64,000 bases of DNA from Candidatus Aminicenantes bacterium (GCA_963702005.1 OY969696.1:64001-128000), one strand, 5' to 3'. Shown: positions 1-10,278, counted from the first letter of the stretch. Notes: generated from the letters alone by a model not told the origin. Numbers and translations: made by a program.

Positions 1-423
1 CAACTGCAGGACTTCCTGGGTGACGTTGGCGCCGACGGCCGTCTTTTTGATGTCGACCATCGGGCTGACGGCCGTAACCGTGATCTGCTCCTCGAGAGCG
101 CCCATCTCTAGGGCCAGGGTCAGGTTGGTGTTGCCGCCGACGACGATGATGATCTCTTCCTCGGTCCGGGTCTTGAATCCCGTCAGCTCGGCCTTCAGGG
201 CGTAATCCTTGGCCGGGGGCAGGGACAGGAACCGGAAAATGCCTTCTGCTGAAGAAACCGTCGTCATCGGAGCCGTCAGGCTCCCGGTCAAGGTCACCGT
301 GACGCCGGGAAGGGCGTTGCCTTCCGGGTCAACGACCTTGCCGTAGATGTTGCCGGTTCTCTGCTGGGCAAAAGCGGAGACGGCCAGTAACAGCACGCAC
401 AGGGTGATTAATGTCTTTCTCAC
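1..423 (-). CDS. TonB-dependent receptor (Oar-like), N-terminal part; runs off the window start
   Basis: Manual translation from GTG at 423 with a GGAGG RBS gives MRKTLITLCVLLLAVSAFAQQRTGNIYGKVVDPEGNALPGVTVTL..., a signal peptide plus carboxypeptidase-regulatory-like domain; paralogous to 3775..6510. Confidence 0.85.
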   Translation of the reverse strand, partial: MRKTLITLCVLLLAVSAFAQQRTGNIYGKVVDPEGNALPGVTVTLTGSLTAPMTTVSSAEGIFRFLSLPPAKDYALKAELTGFKTRTEEEIIIVVGGNTNLTLALEMGALEEQITVTAVSPMVDIKKTAVGANVTQEVLQL

Positions 424-457
424 TCAATACCTCCTTTTTTAAACCCCTCCTCAAACG

Positions 458-1387
458 CTATTTCTTGAGATACTCCAGGAGCTGCTTGGCCAAGGGCGCT
501 TTTTCGTGGTTGGGCGCCAGGGTCAGGAATTTCTCCAGGCTGGCCACGGCCTCGGGGACCTTATTTTGTCCGATATAGATCGTGCCGATTTGGTAATAGG
601 CGTCCGCGTAATCGGGCTTGAGCTCGGTCGTCTTTAAAAAATGGGAGAGCGCTTCATCAGTCTGGCCGGTGTTGATCAGGCAAGCGCCCAAATTGAAATG
701 GGCGTCGGGATCCTCGGGGCTGAGGGCGACCGCCTTCTCGTAGTAAGCCTTGGCCTCCTCGAACGAGCCGGCCTTCCCCAGGGCTTCCCCCAACTCCTTG
801 TTGGAGCTGTAGCTTTCGGGGTTGAGCTCGACGGCCTTGCGGAACGACGCCAGCGCGTCGTCCATCTTCCCGAGCTTCTTATGGGCCAGGCCGAGGTTTA
901 AGAAGTAGCCCCAATTGACGGCGCTGAGCTTGATGGCCTCCTGGAAGGTCGCGACCGCCTCATCGTATTTATTCTCTTCATAGAGCTTGTTCCCTTTGAG
1001 AAAGAGCCGGTCGGCGTCTGAAACGGCCTTCTCGAGAATCTCCGCCCCTTTTTCGAGCCTGACATCGAGTTTCGCGACGTCGGCGATCTGAACGTGAACC
1101 TCCGCGGACTTGGGCAGGAAGCCTTCTTTCTTGAAGCTGATCTGGTAGTATCCCGGCATCATCCCGATCTGGATGAACTTGCCCGCGGCGTCCGTCGTCA
1201 GCTCATAGTGCATGGACGTCGTCCTCTGGGACACGACCGTGACGGCGACCTTGGCCAGCGGCGTCCCGGCGCTGTCCGTGACAATGCCTTCGAGACGGCC
1301 CTGAAACTGCGGCCAGGCCGACCCGGGCCAAGCCAAAACGACGGCGACGACAAGGGCGAGGACGTATCCGGAGCATTTTATCTTCAT
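458..1387 (-). CDS. Secreted protein with carboxypeptidase-regulatory-like domain and TPR repeats
   Basis: Signal peptide (MKIKC...SAWPQ), GRLEGIVTD domain, multiple TPR repeats; GAAGGAG RBS favours the 1387 start. Confidence 0.85.
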   Translation of the reverse strand: MKIKCSGYVLALVVAVVLAWPGSAWPQFQGRLEGIVTDSAGTPLAKVAVTVVSQRTTSMHYELTTDAAGKFIQIGMMPGYYQISFKKEGFLPKSAEVHVQIADVAKLDVRLEKGAEILEKAVSDADRLFLKGNKLYEENKYDEAVATFQEAIKLSAVNWGYFLNLGLAHKKLGKMDDALASFRKAVELNPESYSSNKELGEALGKAGSFEEAKAYYEKAVALSPEDPDAHFNLGACLINTGQTDEALSHFLKTTELKPDYADAYYQIGTIYIGQNKVPEAVASLEKFLTLAPNHEKAPLAKQLLEYLKK

Positions 1388-1407
1388 AGGAGTCTCCTTC
1401 CGTGTAT

Positions 1408-3447
1408 TCATGGTTCCTTCCGGGCCCGCGCCAGGAGCGCCCGAGCGGCCGGCTGGCCGGGGACAAGGCTCAGGGACTTCTCGAGGAGGGGGATCGCCTT
1501 TTCGGGCCGGCCCAGCTCGATCTGGCATTCGGCGGCCAGGTTCAGGACGCCGACCTCGGTCGCCCCTTCCATGAGCTTCTCCAGGTAGCCGAGCGCCGAG
1601 GCCCAGTCCTTGAGGCCGGCCAGGTCGAGGGCCATGACCTTGGCGGCTTCGCGGTCGCCGCGCGCCTCATAAAGGGGGTTCGCCGCCGCGAGCGAATCGC
1701 GGAAGCGGTTCAGGGCGAAAAGCGTCTTGGCGAACAGAAGCCTCGTCTCGGGACTGTCCTTGAGAGCGAGCGCCCGCTCGAGGAGAGGAGTCGCTTGGTC
1801 GTAGCGGCGCATCATGAAATGCTGGGTGGCTAAAACGGTCAGCCCGTCCGGGTCGGGGAAAGCGTCGCGGACCTTGGCCAAGGTCCAAGGGATGACGGCA
1901 ACCGGCTGGGCCAGAAGGATGAAAGGCGCCTTGGCGCCGAGGACGGTCCGGCCGCCCCCGTCCGAGACGGAGGCCCGGACTTCGTAGTAGCCGGGCTTGA
2001 GTCCGGCAAGATTGAAACGCGCCGTGCCCAGCCCGCCGTCGGGACCCAGCACGTCCTTAAGGACCTTCGGGTCGGCCGCCGCGGCGACTTGTCCATCGAG
2101 CGTATAGATCCCGAACCCGATCGTGTGTCCGGCCAGCCCCTCCAGGCCGACGCCTTGGAGGAAGCAGACCATGGTTTCCTGGGGGGTGAACTCGTCCCGG
2201 GCGCTGACGGCGAACTGAAGGCCGTTGAAGGCGAAAGGCTTGAGCCTGGTCCGTTCGGCGTCCGGGACCGGCTCCTGGCCGTGGCTGAGGAGGAGGTCGC
2301 CGAGCCGCGGACCGGGCCCGCCTGGAACGACGACCCTTGCCTCGACCGAGGTGAAGTCGCGGCCCGTTTTGTTCTTGAGGAGGAGGCTGATCTTGAAGGT
2401 CCCCTCGACGACCGGGAGGACGTCCTGGAAAGCGAAGCGGCGGCGCTCATGGCTCCGGTACTGCTCCTCGTTGAGGCGGAGCGGGATCTCTTCCTGGGCT
2501 TGGTAAACGAGGTTCCCGTCCGGGTCCTCGAGCCTCAGGAAAAGCTCGAACTGGGCCAGGTAAACGCCGCCGCGGAGTTCGAAGTTGATCCGCTCCGGCT
2601 CGAGCGTCCAGTGGAGATAAGCCTGGCCGTTCGTCCGGAACAGCCGGACCTTGAAGTCGCTCCCCAGGAAGCGGTCGGAATATTCGGTCTCGACGAAATC
2701 CTTGAAATCGAGGTAGGAGCGGGCGTAGGTGTCGGAAAATTTCTTGTCCTTGAGCTCCTTGATGCCGGCGATGACCGCTTCCGAGGACAGCGAGGACAAG
2801 CCGTAATTCTTCTCGCCCGCGATATAGCTCGTCGCGGCGCTCGAAAGTTCCGCCGAGACTTTCTTGATGATCGCGATGGCATTCGTTCGCTGAAGGGACT
2901 GGCCGTAGAGCGAGGGGACGACGAGCTTCTCGGGCCCCTCGACGCCGGGATAATAGAGCCGGTAATCCCCGATGCCCTCGGGCTGGTAGAAAATGAGGTA
3001 GAAGTAGTCCGGGAGCCCGTAGCGCTCCTCGCCTTTGTAAAACCAGAGCTCCAGGGGCCAGACCTCGGACTGGGTCGCGAAGCGCTGCCGCTCGAGGGGC
3101 GGGCCGAGCAGCAGGTAAAAATAGCCGCGCTCGGTCTGGTGGCCCTTCTTGTGGGAGCCGATCCCGAAGTTCCGGTCGGCGAAGTCGACCCGGACCATGT
3201 ATTCCTTGGTGAACTCGTTTTCGGGCGTGTCGGGAAAGGGATCGCGCTGTTTCCAGAAGAAACGTATGAACTTATCGCGGTCCGCGTCCGTCTTGAGCTG
3301 GAGGAAGATCTCCCGCTCGGTCGAAGTCAGGATGGGATCGACCATCGCGAGCCAATCCCTGTAAACCGTCGGCAGCTCGTCCTTGGCCGCCAGGCCGGAG
3401 AGAGCGGCCGCGAGGATAAGGACGATGACGGGAAGACGTCTTCTCAC
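1408..3447 (-). CDS. GWxTD domain-containing protein with C-terminal TPRs
   Basis: FW..RDP.P.TPENEF..EY..RV.FA..F....KGHQTERG..Y..LGPP signature of Acidobacterial GWxTD proteins; signal peptide; TPRs. Confidence 0.85.
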   Translation of the reverse strand: MRRRLPVIVLILAAALSGLAAKDELPTVYRDWLAMVDPILTSTEREIFLQLKTDADRDKFIRFFWKQRDPFPDTPENEFTKEYMVRVDFADRNFGIGSHKKGHQTERGYFYLLLGPPLERQRFATQSEVWPLELWFYKGEERYGLPDYFYLIFYQPEGIGDYRLYYPGVEGPEKLVVPSLYGQSLQRTNAIAIIKKVSAELSSAATSYIAGEKNYGLSSLSSEAVIAGIKELKDKKFSDTYARSYLDFKDFVETEYSDRFLGSDFKVRLFRTNGQAYLHWTLEPERINFELRGGVYLAQFELFLRLEDPDGNLVYQAQEEIPLRLNEEQYRSHERRRFAFQDVLPVVEGTFKISLLLKNKTGRDFTSVEARVVVPGGPGPRLGDLLLSHGQEPVPDAERTRLKPFAFNGLQFAVSARDEFTPQETMVCFLQGVGLEGLAGHTIGFGIYTLDGQVAAAADPKVLKDVLGPDGGLGTARFNLAGLKPGYYEVRASVSDGGGRTVLGAKAPFILLAQPVAVIPWTLAKVRDAFPDPDGLTVLATQHFMMRRYDQATPLLERALALKDSPETRLLFAKTLFALNRFRDSLAAANPLYEARGDREAAKVMALDLAGLKDWASALGYLEKLMEGATEVGVLNLAAECQIELGRPEKAIPLLEKSLSLVPGQPAARALLARARKEP

Positions 3448-3641
3448 TGCGAACTCCTCAATATCTACTAATTATCACAAGCGGCCTTTCGTTTCAACGA
3501 AAGGCGGAGTGGATTTGGCGTGGACGCCTTGAATTCAATTAAATGAATGGCTTTATACGATATTTTGAATTTTCGTCAATTTTATTTACAGCTTGACCAT
3601 ATAATTAATTTATTATTAATAATTTACAAATAGAGGCGGCT

Positions 3642-3657
3642 TGGCATAAAGATTGCT
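3642..3657 (+). promoter_or_regulatory. sigma54 (-24/-12) promoter of the TonB-dependent receptor
   Basis: TGGCAT-AAAGA-TTGCT matches TGGCAC-N5-TTGCW with correct GG-N10-GC spacing; AT-rich tract upstream. Confidence 0.7.
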
Positions 3658-3774
3658 ATAGTAAATCTTTGGAGAAATATCTTTAATGAGCAAGGAGGTG
3701 AGAATCCAGAGTAGCCAGGCTAAAGGTTGGAGAGACAGAAAGACAACCAATAAGAAGAAGAAAAGGAGGAAGAT

Positions 3775-6510
3775 TTGAAAGCGAAAGCATTGATCGGTAT
3801 CATCGCCCTGCTTCTCGTCCTTTCGCCCGTCGCCTTCGCCCAGTCCCGCGACACCGGCGCCATCACCGGCAAAGTCGCGGATGAGGAAGGCAACGCGCTG
3901 CCGGGCGTCAACGTAACGCTGACCAGCCCCAACCTGATGGGCGCGCGGGCGACCGTCAGCGACGCGACCGGGGTTTTCCGCTTCCCGGCCCTGCCCCCCG
4001 GCGAGTACGGCCTGAAGGCCGAGCTTCAGGGCTTCGGCACAACGGTCCGCGAGAACATCCGGGTGACGACGACGACGACCCTCAACGTCGACCTGACCAT
4101 GAAGCCCGCGGCCGTGGCCGAGGAAATCACGGTCGTGGCCCAGTCGCCCACGGTCGACGTCAAGTCGACCGAGACCGCTTCCGTGACCCTCAGCAACGAA
4201 ATCCTGAGGAACATCCCCTATAACCAGTTCACCTCCAATATCGTCAACCTCGCCCCCGGCGTCACGGAAAACGTCGCCTATGGCGCCTCCGAGAGCACGG
4301 GGATCGCCTACACGATGGACGGCGTCAACGTCGCCGACCCCGAAGCCGGATCGGCCTGGGTCTTCATGGACCACAACTCCATCGAAGAGGCCAAGGTCAT
4401 GGGAATCGGCCTCCCGGCCGAATACGGGAACTTCACGGGCGTCATCTTCAACCTGGTCACGAAGTCCGGCGGAAACGAGTTCTCCGGGCACTTCGAGTTC
4501 GACTTCCAGGGAAAAAAGACGGACAACCCCAAGGGCCTCTGGCAGACCGACAACAACCAAGCTTATCTCCATGACTTCCCCGATTTGACCTCCCCCCTGA
4601 GCAAGCTCCTTGATGTCGGCGCCCACCTGGGCGGCCCGATCATGAAGGACAAGCTCTGGTTCTACGTCGGCACCCAGTACTACAGGAGCCAGAACTATCC
4701 GGCCGGCTTCCCCGAGGCTGTCGACTACAAGCAGCCGCGCTTGTTCACCAAGATCACCTCCCAGCTCACGCCCTCGTTGAACCTCACCGTATCGCTCGAG
4801 ATCGACACCTACGTCGGGAAGAACCGCGGCGCGGATGCGACCGTATCGCCCGAGGCGACCGTAACCCAGGATTCGCCCGAGATCGTCGGCAACTTCAGCC
4901 TGACCAAGATCCTCAGCCCGAAGACTTTCTTCGACCTCAAGGGCGCCTTCTTCACCGGTTACTACTACCTCGACCCCGAAGTCGGCAGGAACATCTACTC
5001 CCACTTCAGCATTGACGAGAACAGGCTCCGCGACAGCTCCGGCTACTTCGGCTACTACGACCGGAGCCGCTTCCAGGTCAATGGGTCCATCTCCCATTAC
5101 ACCGAGAATTTCATCACGGGCGCCCACGACTTCAAGTTCGGCGTCGAGGCCGAGTACTCCAAGGTCCGGGACCGCTACGGCTACACGGGGAAGGGCGGAC
5201 CGCTGGGCAACGCCGTCAAGTACCAGGACTACTACGGCCAGCCCTACCTGGCCTACCAGTACGAAGGGTACGACACGAACACCCGCTACGCCCGCGTCGA
5301 GGCCTTCGCCCAGGACTCCTGGCAGGTCACGAGCCGGCTCAACATCAACGTCGGCTTCCGCTTCGGCCAGAACTGGGGCTTCATCAAGAATGTAGACGGG
5401 GCCAAGTATAAGACCTTCCGCATCGCGCCGCGGATCGGGCTCACCTTCGACCTCTTCGGCGACAAATCGACCATCCTCAAGGCCCATTACGGCCAGTTCA
5501 CCGAGGCCATGCTCTCTTCCTACCTCGACCGCCTCAACCCCGACTCGGCCTACAAGGACTACGTCGGCTACTACTGGACCGGAACCGGCTGGGAGGAGAT
5601 GTTCCGCACCGTCCATCAGTCCCTCTACAAGATGGACCCGGACATCAAGCACCCCTACATGGATCAGGTCACGGCCGGCTTCGAGCGTGAGCTCTTCCGA
5701 GACGCGTCCCTCGGCGTGACCTTCATCTACCGCAAGTGGAACAACATCATCGGCCCCGTCGACCGCGCCGCCCAGTACAACCTGGTCGACGTCTATTCGG
5801 CCGCCCTGAATAAAACCTTCCAGATCTACGAGCGGACCGAGGACACCGTCGACACCCACGACTACCTCCTGACCAACATCAAGAAGGGAGGCTATATCCT
5901 GGAAAACCCCTACCGGAAGTACACGGGGATCGAGGTCCTCTTCAACAAGCGGTTCTCGAACCGGTGGCAGCTGCTGGCCTCTTACGTCTACGGCCGGGCG
6001 ACCGGAACCACGGACAACGGGTTCGCCGACGACATCGGTTGGGGCGGCAACGTGTTCGACCCCAACTTCTGGATCAACTCCGACGGGAATTCGACCTTCG
6101 ACCCGACCCACATGCTCAAGCTCCAGGGGACCTACATCCTGCCCTTCGACATCAGCTTCAACGCCTACTTCCGGCTCATCACCGGCGAGGCCTGGACGAC
6201 CCGCGTCCGGACCCGCACCCTCAACCAGGGCCGTGTGACCTTCTTCGCCGAGAAACGGGGATCCAACCACTACCCGGCCGAGAAGATCCTCGATGTCCGC
6301 CTCGAGAAAATCTTCACCCTCGCCTCCAGGTATAAGCTGGGCCTGATGGTCGACGTCTTTAACGTCTTCAACACTGACACGATCAACTCCTGGGGTACGC
6401 GGATCGGCTACGACTGGAACCAGGGCGACTATCCCTCCACTAACGGGCACGAGCTCTACGGAATCGTCCAGCCGCGCCAGGCGAGAGTCGGCATCCGGGT
6501 CATCTTCTAA
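3775..6510 (+). CDS. TonB-dependent receptor (Oar-like)
   Basis: 911 aa; signal peptide, carboxypeptidase-like N domain, plug motif (AEYGNFTGVIFNLVTKSG), beta-barrel, C-terminal Phe. Confidence 0.92.
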   Translation: MKAKALIGIIALLLVLSPVAFAQSRDTGAITGKVADEEGNALPGVNVTLTSPNLMGARATVSDATGVFRFPALPPGEYGLKAELQGFGTTVRENIRVTTTTTLNVDLTMKPAAVAEEITVVAQSPTVDVKSTETASVTLSNEILRNIPYNQFTSNIVNLAPGVTENVAYGASESTGIAYTMDGVNVADPEAGSAWVFMDHNSIEEAKVMGIGLPAEYGNFTGVIFNLVTKSGGNEFSGHFEFDFQGKKTDNPKGLWQTDNNQAYLHDFPDLTSPLSKLLDVGAHLGGPIMKDKLWFYVGTQYYRSQNYPAGFPEAVDYKQPRLFTKITSQLTPSLNLTVSLEIDTYVGKNRGADATVSPEATVTQDSPEIVGNFSLTKILSPKTFFDLKGAFFTGYYYLDPEVGRNIYSHFSIDENRLRDSSGYFGYYDRSRFQVNGSISHYTENFITGAHDFKFGVEAEYSKVRDRYGYTGKGGPLGNAVKYQDYYGQPYLAYQYEGYDTNTRYARVEAFAQDSWQVTSRLNINVGFRFGQNWGFIKNVDGAKYKTFRIAPRIGLTFDLFGDKSTILKAHYGQFTEAMLSSYLDRLNPDSAYKDYVGYYWTGTGWEEMFRTVHQSLYKMDPDIKHPYMDQVTAGFERELFRDASLGVTFIYRKWNNIIGPVDRAAQYNLVDVYSAALNKTFQIYERTEDTVDTHDYLLTNIKKGGYILENPYRKYTGIEVLFNKRFSNRWQLLASYVYGRATGTTDNGFADDIGWGGNVFDPNFWINSDGNSTFDPTHMLKLQGTYILPFDISFNAYFRLITGEAWTTRVRTRTLNQGRVTFFAEKRGSNHYPAEKILDVRLEKIFTLASRYKLGLMVDVFNVFNTDTINSWGTRIGYDWNQGDYPSTNGHELYGIVQPRQARVGIRVIF

Positions 6511-6534
6511 AGTTCCAACTCGAGCTGAAGCTCA

Positions 6535-6584
6535 CCCCGTCCTCCGCCATCCCGTAAGGGATGGGAGAGGACGGGGCTTTTTTT
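6535..6584 (+). terminator. Rho-independent terminator
   Basis: CCCCGTCCTC..CCATCCC-GTAA-GGGATGG..GAGGACGGGG hairpin followed by a T7 run. Confidence 0.8.
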
Positions 6585-6615
6585 CCCCCGACTTTTTGTT
6601 AAAATTAAGCACGTT

Positions 6616-8928
6616 ATGAAGAAAAAAGGGGTCGTGCTCGGAGCAGCGGTCGCCGTCCTCGCCGCGGGAGCGTTCCTCCTCATTCGCCTTCGGCCGGCGT
6701 CCTTCCGGCGGCTGGCCGGGGACGCGACCTACAACGTCGTCCTAATCACCGTCGACACGCTCCGGGCCGACCGGGTCGGCTGCTACGGCTTCAGCCAGGG
6801 CGAAACGCCGACCATGGACCTGTTCGCGGCCCGCGGCGTCAGGTTCGAGCGCTGCACGTCGCAGACGCCGCTGACCCTGCCCTCCCACACCACCATCATG
6901 ACCGGCACCTTCCCCCCTTTCCACGGCGTCCGCGACAACGGGGGCTTCATCGTCCCGCCCGAGCTCACGACCATGGCCGAGCTCTTCAAGGGGCGGGGCT
7001 ATACGACGGCCGCCTTCGTCGGCGCCTACGTCCTCGACTCCAAGTGGGGCCTGAACCAGGGCTTCGATTACTATTTCGACCAGTTCGACCTGAGCCGGTT
7101 CGAAAAGATCTCCCTGGCCAACGTCCAGCGGCCGGGGGGAGAGGTCATGGACGAAGCCCTCCGCTGGCTCGAGACCAAGAAGGACGCTCCCTTCTTCGCC
7201 TGGATTCATCTCTACGATCCTCACACGCCCTACGAACCGCCCTCTCCCTATAAAGAAAAGTACGCCAAGCATCCCTACCTGGGGGAGATCGCCTACGCCG
7301 ATTCCCAGCTCGGCCGTCTCTGGTCGTTCCTGGGCGACAAGGGTCTCCGGGACCGGACCTATCTCGTCTTCGCCTCCGACCACGGCGAAAGCCTGGGCGA
7401 GCACCAGGAAGCGACCCACGGTTTTTTCGTCTATCAAGCGGCGATCCACGTCCCGCTCATTTTCGTGACGCCTTTCCCCCGGCTCCAGGGCGTCGTCTCG
7501 CCGGCCGTAGTCTCCCTCGCCGACGTCCTTCCGACCGTCTGCGAGATGGCCGGCTTCGTACCACCGCCCCAGGTCCAAGGCCAAAGCCTCGTCCCCTTTT
7601 TCATCAGGCCGGCCCGCAGGTCGGAGCGTCTCGCCTACTCCGAAACGTTTTATCCCCGCTTCCACTACGGCTGGTCCGAGCTCCAGAGCGTCCAGGACGG
7701 CCGCTACAAGCTCATTCTCTCCCCCGAGCCCGAGCTCTATGACCTGGCCCAGGATCCGGCCGAGGCCACGAACATTATCGAGAAGGAACGACCCGTCTTC
7801 CTGGCCCTCAACGACCGGGCTTCCGCCTTCACGGCCGCGGCCGCCCGGAACGGCTTCGAGCTCGACATCCGCAAGATCGACGAGGAGACCCGGACCAGGC
7901 TCGCCGCGCTCGGCTACCTCGGATCCTTCTCCGATCCGGCCAAGCTCAAGGGGAAACGGCTGGCCAGCCCGCGCGACAAGATCGGGATCTTCAACGAGCT
8001 GTCCCGGGCCCGCGAGACGGGCCTTCAGGGCGACGCCCGGGCGGCGATCGGGATCATCCAGCGGATCATCGCCGAAGACCCCGAAATCACCGACGCCTAT
8101 TTCTCGCTGGGGAACATCCACTTTCGGCTCGGCGAGTACGACGAGGCCATCCGGGCCTTCCGCCAGGCCTTGGAGAAGAAGCCGGACGACGCCTTCACCG
8201 TCATCAATATCGCCAATTCCTACCTGGCCATGGGCCGCTTCGCCGAGGCCGAGCGCTTCGTCCTGGATTATTTCAAGACGGGATTCGGGGACTCCCAGCT
8301 CTACTTCCTGCTCGGGAACATGAATTTTCTCCGGAAAAATTACGACGCCGCCATCCCCTACCTCGAGAAGTGCCTGTCCCTCAATTCCGAGTCCGCCTCC
8401 TCCCACAGCACGCTGGCCGCTATTTATATCATCAAAGACGACCTGGGCCGGGCCCAGGAGCACCTCGACGCCGCCCGCCGACTCAACCCGCGCTTGAGCG
8501 GCCTCTACTACAACCAGGCTCAACTCCTCGAGAAGCGGGGAGAAGTCGGCGCGGCCATCGCCGCCTATCAAGAGGAGCTTCTTTACTCCCCCAAGCACTT
8601 CAAATCCCTCTATAACTTGACCCGTCTCTTCCGCCAGACGGGGGAGGAGGGCCGGGAATTCGACGCCCTGCGCCGCTGCATCGAGATCGACCCCGGTTTT
8701 CCGCTCTCCTACTTCTACCTGGCCCGGATCTACCTCAATCGGCGCGAGAACTATGAAGAGGCCGTCTCGCTGGTTCAAAAGGGAATCAGCCTCAAGCCCG
8801 ATTCCCTGGATCTGCCTCTGGCCTATTTTCTATTGGCCGACCTCTATAACAGGCTCGGGAAGGATTCGCTGTCCCGCGAATACGCGCGAAAGGGCCAGGA
8901 GCTGTCTTCAAGGAAAGCCCAGGAATAG
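6616..8928 (+). CDS. Sulfatase-like hydrolase/transferase with C-terminal TPRs
   Basis: NVVLITVDTLRAD, PLTLPSHTTIMTG, HLYDPH, SDHGESLGEH motifs; TPR array. Confidence 0.9.
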   Translation: MKKKGVVLGAAVAVLAAGAFLLIRLRPASFRRLAGDATYNVVLITVDTLRADRVGCYGFSQGETPTMDLFAARGVRFERCTSQTPLTLPSHTTIMTGTFPPFHGVRDNGGFIVPPELTTMAELFKGRGYTTAAFVGAYVLDSKWGLNQGFDYYFDQFDLSRFEKISLANVQRPGGEVMDEALRWLETKKDAPFFAWIHLYDPHTPYEPPSPYKEKYAKHPYLGEIAYADSQLGRLWSFLGDKGLRDRTYLVFASDHGESLGEHQEATHGFFVYQAAIHVPLIFVTPFPRLQGVVSPAVVSLADVLPTVCEMAGFVPPPQVQGQSLVPFFIRPARRSERLAYSETFYPRFHYGWSELQSVQDGRYKLILSPEPELYDLAQDPAEATNIIEKERPVFLALNDRASAFTAAAARNGFELDIRKIDEETRTRLAALGYLGSFSDPAKLKGKRLASPRDKIGIFNELSRARETGLQGDARAAIGIIQRIIAEDPEITDAYFSLGNIHFRLGEYDEAIRAFRQALEKKPDDAFTVINIANSYLAMGRFAEAERFVLDYFKTGFGDSQLYFLLGNMNFLRKNYDAAIPYLEKCLSLNSESASSHSTLAAIYIIKDDLGRAQEHLDAARRLNPRLSGLYYNQAQLLEKRGEVGAAIAAYQEELLYSPKHFKSLYNLTRLFRQTGEEGREFDALRRCIEIDPGFPLSYFYLARIYLNRRENYEEAVSLVQKGISLKPDSLDLPLAYFLLADLYNRLGKDSLSREYARKGQELSSRKAQE

Positions 8929-9054
8929 CCGGCCCAAAATCCAAATATTTGCAGTTATCCAAAATAATGGCATCGCCGGGCCGCTATCTCCCTGCCGGAT
9001 TCTTCTTATTTATTTATTATCAAAGATTTACTAAATTCTTCGGGGTCCTGCTTT

Positions 9055-9070
9055 TGGCACGGATATTGCC
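9055..9070 (+). promoter_or_regulatory. sigma54 promoter with no obvious downstream gene
   Basis: TGGCAC-GGATA-TTGCC, near-consensus -24/-12; AT-rich upstream. Confidence 0.6.
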
Positions 9071-9180
9071 ATTAAATAAGCGCCGTGTTTACGGTTAGGG
9101 AAAAAGAGGAAACTAAGTGAAGGGCAAACTCGAAGAAACTGGAGGTGAGAATCACTCGGCCGGCAGCTGAACTTTCCGGA

Positions 9181-10161
9181 TCAAGACAGACCGAGCGACT
9201 CGAGGAGCTTGCGGATCTCGGCCGCGTTGGACGCGTCGGGCGCGAGTTCGAGATAGGTCTTTAAAGAGAGTTTAGCATTTTCGATATCCCCCGTGCGGAG
9301 ACGCGAGAACCCGAGCTTGAGCCAGGGATCGGGCCAGTTCGGCTTTATCCGGGTCGTCAACGTGTAATAAGAGACGGCTTCGTCGAACATTCCGTTGGAA
9401 AAATAAATCTCTCCGATGCCGAAGGGCAGGCTCGCGTATTTCGGATAGAGGGCGAGCGCCTTCTCGAATTCGGCACGGGCCGTCGCCGGGTCGCCCCTTC
9501 TTAGGGCGATCTCGCCCGTAGCGGCAAGCGTCTTGGTCGCCAGCGCATCCCCGTTCATGTCGGGGTTCGTCTCCCGGACCTTGTCGAGGACCAAGCCGTA
9601 CTCTTCGAGGGCTTTATCGTATTCGCCCATCTCCTTGTAGCAGTTGCCGATGTTGAAATGGACCTGGAAATGGTTGGGGTGCTTGTCCAGGAATTGTCGG
9701 TAGAGACTAAGGGCTTCGTTGCAGTTCTTATCCTCGAACAGCCGATTTCCCCTCTCGATGAGCCCAAGATCCTCCTCGGCGTCCGGCCCTTTGGGCTGAG
9801 CCTTTCTCAGGACCGATTTCACAGCCGCGTTCCTGCCGATCTGGCTGACGTAGGTTTCCTCGATTCTCGGCCTGTAGCCCTCGAGGGTCAGGATGATCTT
9901 CCAGACGCCGCTCCCCAAGCCCAGGATGCCCCACTTCCCTTTCCGGTCCGTAACGACTTCCCGGAGCGTTTCGGATTCGATGTGCAGCAGGGCGACCCTT
10001 ACGCCGGGGAGCGGGTTTCCGGCCTCGTCCCTGACCTCGCCCGTCAGCCGGACGTTCCCCATCCCTTCCTGAACCAGCGCGCTCGACCCGGCCAGGGACC
10101 CGGCCAGACAAACCGCGGCTAAAATTTTAAGGGCGCCCTGGATCATTCCGCGTCCGTCCAT
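9181..10161 (-). CDS. Secreted carboxypeptidase-regulatory-like domain plus TPR protein (paralogue of 458..1387)
   Basis: Same architecture: signal peptide, RLTGEVRDEAGNPLPGV, TPRs. Confidence 0.85.
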   Translation of the reverse strand: MDGRGMIQGALKILAAVCLAGSLAGSSALVQEGMGNVRLTGEVRDEAGNPLPGVRVALLHIESETLREVVTDRKGKWGILGLGSGVWKIILTLEGYRPRIEETYVSQIGRNAAVKSVLRKAQPKGPDAEEDLGLIERGNRLFEDKNCNEALSLYRQFLDKHPNHFQVHFNIGNCYKEMGEYDKALEEYGLVLDKVRETNPDMNGDALATKTLAATGEIALRRGDPATARAEFEKALALYPKYASLPFGIGEIYFSNGMFDEAVSYYTLTTRIKPNWPDPWLKLGFSRLRTGDIENAKLSLKTYLELAPDASNAAEIRKLLESLGLS

Positions 10162-10278
10162 CCTTCCTTATAATCCGAGCGACAAATCGCTTATTAAGTC
10201 TACTCGGTTCGAACTCCGCTTTCAACTCGCGGTCCTTGCAATATCGACCGTCTTTAGATAAACTTGAAATCTCTACAT

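Noticed and set aside
3616-6450. 944-aa minus-strand ORF and similar long ORFs (6742..8778, 14890..16620, 13104..14975, 2089..3471)
   Set aside because: Antisense shadows of well-supported genes in GC-rich DNA; no motifs
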